Shown: in pieces, positions 18,950-27,243 of the stretch | How the letters are laid out: each line of letters begins with the position of its first letter | How positions within the stretch are numbered: the first letter of the stretch is position 1 | NCBI RefSeq assembly: GCF_030848945.1 | Contig: NZ_JANHAX010000001.1 | Coordinates: forward strand, 1,221,103 to 1,285,102 | DNA length: 64,000 nt | Direction of reading: 5' to 3' | DNA from: Marimonas arenosa | GTDB taxonomy: Bacteria; Pseudomonadota; Alphaproteobacteria; Rhodobacterales; Rhodobacteraceae | Program-made: the position numbers and the translations under genes | Notes under the pieces: model-generated | Database searches by the model: none | Seen by the model: the letters and a program-made list of their open reading frames with translations, nothing else | What the model was told of the DNA's origin: nothing

Positions 18950-19534
18950 ATGCTGGGACTCATCAAAACCCTGAAATCCCGTGTCGCAGCCTTCCGCGAC
19001 GACAGCCGCGGCAGCGTATCGGTCGAAGCGGTACTGATCTTCCCGATCGTGATGTGGTCGATGCTGGCGATGTTCGTCTTCTTCGAAGGCTACCGCCAGA
19101 CCACCATCAACCAGAAGGCCGCCAACACCATCGCCGATATGTATTCGCGTGAGACGGCAAGCATCACGCCGGTCTATATCGACAACACCAAGGCGCTCTA
19201 CGACCTGCTGGCCGGCATCAACGACAACACCAGGATCCGCGTCTCGGTGGTGAAATGGTCGAAGCGCCGCGACATGTACCAGGTCGAATGGTCGGAAGCC
19301 CGCGGCAGCGGCGTGTTCGAACTGAGCAACGACGACATCAACAACATGGCCTCCAACCTGCCGACCCTGCCCGATCAGGAACGGGTCGTGCTGGTCGAGA
19401 CCTGGGCCACCTTCCAGCCGCTGTTCAATATCGGCATGGGCAACGTCGAGATGCAGAGCTTCGTCTTTACCCGTCTGCGGTTCGCGCCGCAGCTGCGGTT
19501 CTGCGACAACAACTGCAACGGCGCCTCCGCCTGA
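18950..19534 (+). CDS. TadE-like pseudopilin (cassette B, second)
   Basis: DDSRGSVSVEAVLIFPIVMWSMLAMFVFFEGYRQTTINQKAANTIADMYSRET parallels the second cassette A gene (RQTSINHKAAYTISDMISRET). Confidence 0.65.
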   Translation: MLGLIKTLKSRVAAFRDDSRGSVSVEAVLIFPIVMWSMLAMFVFFEGYRQTTINQKAANTIADMYSRETASITPVYIDNTKALYDLLAGINDNTRIRVSVVKWSKRRDMYQVEWSEARGSGVFELSNDDINNMASNLPTLPDQERVVLVETWATFQPLFNIGMGNVEMQSFVFTRLRFAPQLRFCDNNCNGASA

Positions 19535-19581
19535 CGCGGATTGCCCTGAACGACACGGACCCCGGCCGCCCGCGGCCGGGG

Positions 19582-20526
19582 TCAGCGTTTCACGGCGACC
19601 TCGTAGCCCGGCGCTTCCGGTTCGTCGTCCTTGAGTTCGGTCGGGAAGCCCGGCGCGGTGATGTCGAGCCCGGTGGCCTCTTCCAACCGCTCGATCATCC
19701 GGTCTGACTGAGCCCGGGTGCCGTAGCGGGCCTGGCCATCGCGCATCAGGTCGATCAGCAGCGGCGAGATGTCCAGCGGCACCTTGTTGCGTTCGGCGAT
19801 CTCTTGAAACAGGCCGATGTCCTTGAGCACCAGATCCATGGTGAAATCGACGCAGCGCGAGCCTGAAAGTATCAGCTGACTTTCTGTTTCATGCACGAAT
19901 GAATTACCCGAACTTATGCGGATCGCCTCATAGGTGGTGGTGAGGTCCATGCCGGCGGCAGCCATGGTGGTCAGCGCCTCGCACAGCATCAGCAGATGAC
20001 CGGTGGCGAGGTAGTTGGTCATCACCTTCAGCACCGAGGCCGAGCCCAGCGGCCCGGTATGCAGGACGCGCCGGCCCATGACGGTCAAGAGCGGCAGGAT
20101 GCGCTCGAAGGTTTCCCGGTCGCAGCCGGCGAAGATCGAGATGTTGCCGGTATCGGCGCGATGGCAGCCGCCCGAGACCGGGCAATCGACCGCCGCACCA
20201 CCCCGTTCGATCACCTGTGCGCCGAGGCGTTTGACCTCGGCTTCGTCGGTGGTGGACATTTCCATCCAGATCTTGCCGGGCCCGGCAAAGGCCAGCATCT
20301 GGTCCATCACGGCGGCGCTGGCGGCGGGGCTCGGCAGGCAGGTGATGACCGCGTCGCAGGTCTGCATCATCGCGGCCGGGCTGCCGCCGGCGCGGGCGCC
20401 TTGGGCGACGAACCCCGACACCCGGTCCGGGTCGAGATCGTGCACCGCCAGGTCAATGCCGTTGCGCAGCAGGCTGCCGGCGAGTTTGCCGCCGACATTG
20501 CCCAGACCGATGAAACCGATATTCAT
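19582..20526 (-). CDS. NAD(P)-dependent oxidoreductase, 3-hydroxyisobutyrate/6-phosphogluconate dehydrogenase family
   Basis: N-terminal Rossmann MNIGFIGLGNVGGKLA. 314 aa. Family call from overall architecture. Confidence 0.65.
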   Translation of the reverse strand: MNIGFIGLGNVGGKLAGSLLRNGIDLAVHDLDPDRVSGFVAQGARAGGSPAAMMQTCDAVITCLPSPAASAAVMDQMLAFAGPGKIWMEMSTTDEAEVKRLGAQVIERGGAAVDCPVSGGCHRADTGNISIFAGCDRETFERILPLLTVMGRRVLHTGPLGSASVLKVMTNYLATGHLLMLCEALTTMAAAGMDLTTTYEAIRISSGNSFVHETESQLILSGSRCVDFTMDLVLKDIGLFQEIAERNKVPLDISPLLIDLMRDGQARYGTRAQSDRMIERLEEATGLDITAPGFPTELKDDEPEAPGYEVAVKR

Positions 20527-20551
20527 AGAACCTCTCCTTCATTGTGCACCG

Positions 20552-21805
20552 ATGTTCCGATTCCACGAAGACGGCAAACCGCCTGAATGCGACCCATTGA
20601 ATGCCGTCTTTGCGCCGGCTAGCCTCGGCGGCATGGTCTGGCCTTCGAATGCCCCGCCCCGAAAAGACAGCGACCGTGCCGCGGGTATCGACGTGAGCGA
20701 TGATTTCGCACCGTTCCGTCAGCGCAACGACATCTTCACCCGCGCCTTCTGGGACGACCGGGTGAAGAGCCCGAAAACCGAGGCATTCTTCCGCTCCTAC
20801 CGGATGGAGGCCGCCCCGCGCCGCGGCGACGGCTTCACCCAGCGCGATTTCGCGCTGAGGAACGCGGCCTGGCTTGTCTCCGACATTGTCTCCGAGCGGT
20901 CGGCAGCGGCGGGCGAGCGCGAGGGGTTCCAGGCACCGATCCGGGCCGACACGCCGGTGGCGCCCGACCGGCTGGAGGTCGACGACCCGGCGCAGATGGC
21001 AGCCGAGATCAAGCGCGTGGCGCGGTTTTTCGGAGCGGATCTCTGCGGCGTCACCGCGCTGGACACCCGCTGGCACTACGCCACCCGGGTCGACGTGCGA
21101 GACTTTTCCGAGGCGCCGAACGACCTGCCGGTGGGCCTTACCTCGGTTATCGTGCTGGGCCACGAGATGGAGGAAAGCCTGGTCGCCACCTACCCTTCGG
21201 CGCTGGCCGGCGCGGCGACGGGGCGGGAATACAGCCATGAGGCGGCAATCGTCATGCAGCTTGCCGCCTATATCCGCAACCTCGGCTACGAGGCGGTGGC
21301 GTCGATGAACGACACCGGGTTGGCAATCCCCTACGCGGTGCAGGCGGGCTTGGGCGAATACGCGCGCAACCAGATGGTGATCACGCCCGGGTTCGGCCCG
21401 CGGGTGCGGTTTTCCAAGATTTTCACCTCGCTGCCGCTGGCGCACGATGCGCCCCGGCGGCCCGGGGTGGCGGAGTTCTGCAACCTCTGCACCAAATGCG
21501 CCGATGCCTGCCCGGTCAAGGCCCTGCCATACGGGCCGCCGTCGTTCGACGTGCCCAACGATTCGGCGATCCGGGGGGTGAAAAAATGGACCTCGGACGC
21601 CGAGAAATGCTTCGGCTTCTGGGCGTCGCTGGCCTCGGACTGCGCCATCTGCATGCGGGTCTGCCCGTTCAACCGAGACTTTTCAAAGCGGCGTCATCGG
21701 CTGTGGCGGCGGTTGGCACTGTCGCGGTTGCGCCGGCTGGCGCTGTGGCTTGACCGCAAACGCGGCGGGCGGATGAAGCCTGCCGACTGGTGGCGTGGCG
21801 CCTGA
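20552..21805 (+). CDS. reductive dehalogenase / epoxyqueuosine reductase (QueG) superfamily Fe-S protein
   Basis: Two C-terminal 4Fe-4S motifs, CNLCTKCADACP and CAICMRVCP, preceded by a conserved GLGEYARNQMVITPGFGPRVRF block. No Tat signal. Start uncertain: the first in-frame ATG lies only 25 bp from the divergent gene's start and has no clear SD. Confidence 0.5.
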   Translation: MFRFHEDGKPPECDPLNAVFAPASLGGMVWPSNAPPRKDSDRAAGIDVSDDFAPFRQRNDIFTRAFWDDRVKSPKTEAFFRSYRMEAAPRRGDGFTQRDFALRNAAWLVSDIVSERSAAAGEREGFQAPIRADTPVAPDRLEVDDPAQMAAEIKRVARFFGADLCGVTALDTRWHYATRVDVRDFSEAPNDLPVGLTSVIVLGHEMEESLVATYPSALAGAATGREYSHEAAIVMQLAAYIRNLGYEAVASMNDTGLAIPYAVQAGLGEYARNQMVITPGFGPRVRFSKIFTSLPLAHDAPRRPGVAEFCNLCTKCADACPVKALPYGPPSFDVPNDSAIRGVKKWTSDAEKCFGFWASLASDCAICMRVCPFNRDFSKRRHRLWRRLALSRLRRLALWLDRKRGGRMKPADWWRGA

Positions 21806-21919
21806 GCGGCCTTTTCATCTTTCCAGAAATACTCCGGGGGTCCGGGGGGCGGGGGTCCGGGAGGTCCGGGGGCAGTGCCCCCCGGCCGGTCGGACCGCGC
21901 CTCTGGCGTCGTCCGAAAC

Positions 21920-23371
21920 CTAGTTTGCATAGCCGCCGAGGAAGCTGAAATCGGATTTCGTCCCCGCGGTGTCGCGCCCCATATTATGGCACATGATGCA
22001 CGAGCTGGGCCTGTCGGTGCTGGGATCGCCATGGGCATCGAGCACCGGGTTGATCTGCAGGTAAGTCTCCATCGTGGTGTTGACCATGTAGATCGGCGCC
22101 GCGAACGGCCGCATTTTCTCGGCGTAGTAATCGCCATGATCGTTGGCCCACTGCACCCCGATCAGCTCGTACTGCGCCCAAACGCTGCCGGTCAGCGCTG
22201 CCTGGAACTGCGCGTTGACCTCGGCCCCGGTGTCGTAGAGCGCCCAGCAGCGGGTCACCTGGGTGCCGAATTTGCCGTCGTGCAGATAGGCCGCGGCATA
22301 GGGTTTTTCCTCCGCCCAGACAAACTGCTTGCCTTCGGGCGGTGCGTTAGGCGCGCAGGCCTGGCCGCCGTTGGTGCAACCGGGATTGAAAAAGGCCCAG
22401 CCGTCGCCCGCGTCGGCCGGCACCGGACAGGAGGCGACCGGCTCGCGATCGGTCAACGGCGAGTTCTCGTTTTCCTGCGACAGCGGGGCCCCGGCGGCGA
22501 GCGGCGCGTTGCGGGCGTGTTCGAACGAGGCCCAGATCCAGAACGGCGCGAATTCCTCGGGGGTCGCGACTTTCTGCATGATGTGCATGCCCACCAGCGC
22601 GGCGGTTTCCTGCAGACAGAGCGGCTGGCCCGAGGGGCTGTTGCCGGCGGGAACGACGACGTTGATCGGCTGGGTGAAGTAGTCGTCTCCCGCCTCGTCC
22701 TCGGGCAGCAGGCGCCAGGCCGTCTTGATCTCGATCGCGCCGACATCGCCAGCGGTGCCGCGCGGCAGGTTCCATTCACCGCCTTTCGCCGCGAAAGCCG
22801 CCTGCCCCGCCCTGGTGTCGAGCCCCTCGGCGCGGACATAATCGGCCCAGCGCGGATTGACCCGGATATCGTAGAGCACGAAATTCCCCGCCTGGTCGAT
22901 CAGCGGCCAGGGGGTGAAGGGTTCGATGAAGCTCGACGAGGTGAGCTTGGAGGTCTGCGACACCGTCATCCGCCCGTTGTCGGGGCAGATGTCGGGCGCC
23001 ACCGTCGCTCCGGGAAAGACCTGTTCGATACCGGGATAGAACTGCCAGACCCGCGGGCTCTTGGTGTCGTCGCGGATATCGCCCGCGGGCTGGCCCGACG
23101 CGTCGGCCGGCCAGTTCAGGGCCACGAAGCTCTGCCAGCCGAAATAGTCGAAATTGATCTGCTGGGCGGTGTCCGGGTTGGGATTGCGGTCGGTCGAGGG
23201 GGTGTAGCCCTGGACCCTGACCTCGAGCCCATCGAGATCGGCCGGGATCTGGGAACAGACCGTGTCGGAGCCATCGACGCAGAGGTGGTTCTGCTTGTAG
23301 TCGGCGGTTGCGGGGGTGGTGACGAGACACATCGCCAGCAGGACGCCGGCGGGCAAACGGTGGGGATACAT
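21920..23371 (-). CDS. secreted protein with a single C-terminal CxxCH heme c binding motif; family unknown
   Basis: 483 aa. Signal peptide MYPHRLPAGVLLAMCLVTTPATA. CIMCH occurs 25 residues from the C-terminus. Several other Cys. Confidence 0.55.
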   Translation of the reverse strand: MYPHRLPAGVLLAMCLVTTPATADYKQNHLCVDGSDTVCSQIPADLDGLEVRVQGYTPSTDRNPNPDTAQQINFDYFGWQSFVALNWPADASGQPAGDIRDDTKSPRVWQFYPGIEQVFPGATVAPDICPDNGRMTVSQTSKLTSSSFIEPFTPWPLIDQAGNFVLYDIRVNPRWADYVRAEGLDTRAGQAAFAAKGGEWNLPRGTAGDVGAIEIKTAWRLLPEDEAGDDYFTQPINVVVPAGNSPSGQPLCLQETAALVGMHIMQKVATPEEFAPFWIWASFEHARNAPLAAGAPLSQENENSPLTDREPVASCPVPADAGDGWAFFNPGCTNGGQACAPNAPPEGKQFVWAEEKPYAAAYLHDGKFGTQVTRCWALYDTGAEVNAQFQAALTGSVWAQYELIGVQWANDHGDYYAEKMRPFAAPIYMVNTTMETYLQINPVLDAHGDPSTDRPSSCIMCHNMGRDTAGTKSDFSFLGGYAN

Positions 23372-23560
23372 GAATTTTCTCCAATGCGTTTAACAATGTC
23401 AAAATTATACATCCAAAGGGCGAGTCTCTCAAAGAAGAATCCGATGCGGCGCCGGCCCGATCGGTGCAATTCCGCACATCTCCCGCGCGCCCGGCCCGAT
23501 GGACGGCGACGGGTCCGGGCCCTATCTCTTCTCCAACGCGATCAGGACGGAGTGACCCAG

Positions 23561-24472
23561 ATGTCGATCAGACCCACGCTTGAAACCCGCAAGGCGGTGC
23601 CGACGATGGAAGGCGCCGGCGTGCATCTGCACCGCGCTTTCGGCTTCCAGGATCCGAGTGAGCTCGACCCGTTCCTGCTGTTCGACGATTTCCGCAACGA
23701 ACGGCCCGAGGACTACCTGCGCGGTTTTCCCTGGCACCCGCATCGCGGCATCGAGACCATCACCTATGTGCTGGCCGGTGAGGTCGATCACGGCGACTCG
23801 CTTGGCAACCAGGGCACGCTCGGGGCCGGCGACGTGCAGTGGATGACCGCCGGGTCGGGCATCCTGCATCAGGAAATGCCGCGCGGTAACGCGACCGGCC
23901 AGATGCACGGCTTCCAGCTCTGGGCCAACCTGCCGTCGAGCCTGAAGATGACGGCGCCGCGCTATCAGGACGTGCAATCGAGGGACATTCCCGAGGTGAT
24001 CGACGACGACGGCACACACGTGCGGGTGATCGTGGGCGAGTTCTGGGGTCGGTACGGGCCGGTGGACGGGATCGCGGCGGAACCGCAATATCTCGACATC
24101 TCGGTGCCGGCGGGGGTGAAGAAGACGTTCCGGATCGATACCTATCGCCGCGCCTTCGCCTATGTATTCGAGGGTGAAGGCGCCTTTGCCGATGCCAGCG
24201 CGCCCGCCGGCGTTCTGCTGGAGAAAGAGGTGATGGGCGAAGAAGTCAACATCCGCGACATGTCGGGCAACCGCACGCTGATCCGCTTCGGAACCGGCGA
24301 CGAAGTGACGGTGCAGGCCGGCGAGGCGGGCGTGCGCTTCCTGCTGATCTCCGGCGCGCCGATCCAGGAACCGGTGGCCTGGCACGGCCCGATCGTGATG
24401 AATACCCGCGAAGAGTTGCAAAAGGCCTTCCGCGAGTTGCAGAACGGCACCTTCATCCGCCCGGCACACTGA
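23561..24472 (+). CDS. pirin family protein (cupin)
   Basis: Metal-binding motif WHPHRGIETITYVLAG. 303 aa. SD AGGACGGAG upstream. Confidence 0.85.
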   Translation: MSIRPTLETRKAVPTMEGAGVHLHRAFGFQDPSELDPFLLFDDFRNERPEDYLRGFPWHPHRGIETITYVLAGEVDHGDSLGNQGTLGAGDVQWMTAGSGILHQEMPRGNATGQMHGFQLWANLPSSLKMTAPRYQDVQSRDIPEVIDDDGTHVRVIVGEFWGRYGPVDGIAAEPQYLDISVPAGVKKTFRIDTYRRAFAYVFEGEGAFADASAPAGVLLEKEVMGEEVNIRDMSGNRTLIRFGTGDEVTVQAGEAGVRFLLISGAPIQEPVAWHGPIVMNTREELQKAFRELQNGTFIRPAH

Positions 24473-24600
24473 TCCCGCGTACGGCCCGCGTGCCGCTTGA
24501 TCGAGGCCAAGGCAGCCTGGGGCAATTCATGGCAGTCTTTCCGTCAAAGCGGCTGGGGTGCGAGTCGCGCTGCAGTCTGGACTGAGGGGAGGATACGATC

Positions 24601-25989
24601 ATGATCAACCGCATCGCCGGGATGGTCCGGGTGGGGCTTGGGCTGCTGGCCGCCACGACAACGGTCGCGTGGCCAGCGACCGCGGCGGACCGTGTGATGC
24701 CGGGGGACTTCCATTATCTCGGCGCCTTCCGCCTGCCGGACGCGGGCGAGCGGCCGAAAACCTTTGCCTGGGGCGGAAACGCGATGACCTTCGCACCGGC
24801 CGGCCGGCACCGGGCGCAGGCGGGGGAACTTGCCGGTTCACTGTTCGTGATGGGACATGACCGGATCGCCTATGGCGAGGTGCCGGACGGCAACCAGGTG
24901 GCCGAGATCGCCATTCCCGCGCCGGTCGCCTCGCGCCGGGTGGGCAATTTGCCGGTGGCGCGGTTCCTGCAGCCCTTTGCCGACGTGGCAGCCGGGCAGT
25001 TCGCGGGGCTCGATGAGCTGCCGCGCACCGGCATGGCCTATCTCGATACGCCCGAGACCGGGCCGAAGATCCACCTGTCCTGGGGCGCGCATTTCCAGCC
25101 CGAGCCGGACGCGCCGTCACATGCCTGGATCGCACCAGATCTCGGGCACCCGGCGTTCACCGGCAGCTGGTTCATCGGCAATCAGTCGGGTTATGCCACC
25201 AATGGTTACCTCTTTGCCCTCCCCGAAACCTGGGCAGCAGAGCATACCGGCGCGCGGCGGCTGGTTACCGGACGCTATCGCGATGGTGGCTGGTCTGGCA
25301 TGGGCCCCTCGCTGTTCACCTATCGGCCCTGGCTGGACGACGCCGGGACACCGGCCCCGGATGGTGCGCATCTCGAGGCGGTGACACTGTTGAAATACCC
25401 CGGCTCGCGCGAGACCGAGTCGTTTGACCGGGCGGTGCGGGGCTATACCCATGCCGACGAGTGGGAGGGCGGCGCCTGGATCGAGACCGCGTCCGGTAAA
25501 GCGGCGGTGCTGTTTGCCGGAACGAAATCGGTGGGCGAGAAGGTCTGGTACGGCTTCGTCAACCCGGCCGGGCCGGAACAGGTCTGCGTCGCCGGAGATT
25601 TCGTCGGCCAGTTCCCGGTCTGCCGGTTGGCCGACGGCAGCGTTTGCCCGGAAGACGACCTGACCGAATGCTCTGGCCACAACGGCTATCGCGGCTGGTG
25701 GAGCAGCGGGTTTGCGGCGCAGGCGCTGCTTTACGATCCCGACGATCTGGCGGCCGTGGCGGAGGGCAGGATGGAGCCCTGGGCGCCGCAGCCCTATGCC
25801 GTGCTGGATCTGGACGAACACCTGTTTCTGAACCCGGAGGGGATCGAACCGGAAACGCTGGGCGTGGGTGTGCAGCGACGCTACCGGCTGGGCGCGGCGG
25901 CCTATGATCCGAGCGCAGGGCATTTGTTCGTGCTGGAACTTTTCGCCGACGGGGACAAGCCGGTGGTGCATGTCTGGGCGGTCGACTGA
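24601..25989 (+). CDS. secreted hypothetical protein
   Basis: 462 aa. Signal peptide MINRIAGMVRVGLGLLAATTTVAWPATAA. No recognisable motif. Confidence 0.5.
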   Translation: MINRIAGMVRVGLGLLAATTTVAWPATAADRVMPGDFHYLGAFRLPDAGERPKTFAWGGNAMTFAPAGRHRAQAGELAGSLFVMGHDRIAYGEVPDGNQVAEIAIPAPVASRRVGNLPVARFLQPFADVAAGQFAGLDELPRTGMAYLDTPETGPKIHLSWGAHFQPEPDAPSHAWIAPDLGHPAFTGSWFIGNQSGYATNGYLFALPETWAAEHTGARRLVTGRYRDGGWSGMGPSLFTYRPWLDDAGTPAPDGAHLEAVTLLKYPGSRETESFDRAVRGYTHADEWEGGAWIETASGKAAVLFAGTKSVGEKVWYGFVNPAGPEQVCVAGDFVGQFPVCRLADGSVCPEDDLTECSGHNGYRGWWSSGFAAQALLYDPDDLAAVAEGRMEPWAPQPYAVLDLDEHLFLNPEGIEPETLGVGVQRRYRLGAAAYDPSAGHLFVLELFADGDKPVVHVWAVD

Positions 25990-26178
25990 ATCGAGTCCCG
26001 AGAAGGTGCCATTTCGCGTTTTGGCCGGGAGGAGCATCCGATCATCGCGCCCCGGCCCGGAACGCGGGCGAAGCGCGCCGGACCAGCGGTGGCCCGGCCC
26101 GCAGGTGAATTCGACCGACGCTCCCTTCGGGCCAATTCCGGACAGATTTCACGCCAATCCGTCCGATCCCGGCTGGTC

Positions 26179-26772
26179 TCAGGCCGCCACGGCCTTGCGC
26201 ACCATGTCCCAGTAGAGCGTTTCGACCTCGCTCAGCGACAAGCGTCCGCCGGCGCGGTACCAGGTGTTGACGCCGGTGAGCATGGCGATGACGGCGTAAG
26301 TGGCGACACGCGGGTCGGGCACGGCGAAGTCGCCCGCGGCGACCCCGTTGCGCAAGATGGTCTCCAACTCGTCTTCGTAGGCATGGCGCAGGCGCTCGAT
26401 CTCGGCAAAGTTCTCCGGCGCCAGGTTGCGCAACTCCATATAGGCGATGAACACCTCGTCGGGGCGCTCGATATGGAAGCGAATGTGGTGGCGGGTGAAG
26501 TTTTCCAGCCGCGCCATGGGATCGCGGCCGGCCCGGGCAGCCTCGGCCGCGCGGGCGGCAAGCAGGGCGTCCATGTGATCCCGCATCAACTCGAAGAGCA
26601 GGGTCTGTTTGTCGGGAGTGTAGTTGTAGAGCGCCCCGGCCTGCACGCCGACCTCTCCCGCGATCTGGCGCATCGACACGGCGGCGAAGCCGTGGCGCGC
26701 GAACAGCCGCAGCGCCGCCCGGCGGATGCGCGGGCCGGTGATATCGGAATGCGAGCCTTGAGTGCGTGCCAT
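26179..26772 (-). CDS. TetR/AcrR family transcriptional regulator
   Basis: N-terminal HTH RIRRAALRLFARHGFAAVSMRQIAGEVGVQAGALYNYTPDKQ. 197 aa. Confidence 0.85.
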   Translation of the reverse strand: MARTQGSHSDITGPRIRRAALRLFARHGFAAVSMRQIAGEVGVQAGALYNYTPDKQTLLFELMRDHMDALLAARAAEAARAGRDPMARLENFTRHHIRFHIERPDEVFIAYMELRNLAPENFAEIERLRHAYEDELETILRNGVAAGDFAVPDPRVATYAVIAMLTGVNTWYRAGGRLSLSEVETLYWDMVRKAVAA

Positions 26773-26786
26773 GGGCGGGTTTTAAC

Positions 26787-26800
26787 TGAACGTGCGTTCA
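26787..26800. promoter_or_regulatory. perfect 6-2-6 palindrome TGAACG-TG-CGTTCA, candidate TetR operator
   Basis: Lies 15 bp upstream of the TetR start codon, in the 78-bp divergent intergenic region shared with the lipoprotein-hom operon. Confidence 0.5.
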
Positions 26801-26850
26801 TATCAAACCCCACGCTTGCGCGCACCGCCATGCTGCGGCAGGAAGAGATC

Positions 26851-27147
26851 ATGAAACGGGCCCCATTGCTCCTCTTTGCCGTTCTTCTGACCGGTTGCGC
26901 CACCTTCCCCGAGCTCGAAGGCACGGTGCCGGCGCATATGGAACGGGCCGACTTTCCCCGGCTGGTGCCGGTCGAGCCGCTTATGGCGGGTGCCACCGAC
27001 ACCCAGGTCAGCCCCGAGACCGAGGCCGCTATTCTGGCCCGTGTGGCGCAGCTCCGCGCCAGGGCGGCGCGGCTGAAGGGCACGGTGGTGGACCAGGGTG
27101 CGCGGGCGCGGATGCGCGCCGGTGTGACCGGGATTGTCGAGCACTGA
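26851..27147 (+). CDS. small lipoprotein, hypothetical
   Basis: MKRAPLLLFAVLLTGC lipobox. 98 aa. SD AGGAAGAG upstream. Confidence 0.55.
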   Translation: MKRAPLLLFAVLLTGCATFPELEGTVPAHMERADFPRLVPVEPLMAGATDTQVSPETEAAILARVAQLRARAARLKGTVVDQGARARMRAGVTGIVEH

Positions 27148-27243
27148 AACGCCGGGCCGCGGGCTGGTTTTGCCGCGTTGCATGTGGGCCGGCTCCACGA
27201 TACATGGCCTCAAAGGATTTGGCACACCCGCAGGAGGCCCCCG

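Noticed and set aside
19559-19582. GC-rich hairpin accccggccgcccgcggccggggt as a bidirectional terminator between convergent genes
   Set aside because: It overlaps the stop codon of the oxidoreductase gene, and no clear T-tract follows on either strand. Too weak to call.
20552-21805. Naming the Fe-S protein specifically as queG or as a respiratory reductive dehalogenase
   Set aside because: Its size is intermediate and the family motifs are shared. It cannot be discriminated without HMM scoring, so it was left at superfamily level.
21875-23560. 5' two-thirds of the 865-aa plus-strand ORF 21875..24472
   Set aside because: Only the last 303 codons are pirin, with a proper SD at 23561. The upstream part is antisense to the secreted heme protein gene.
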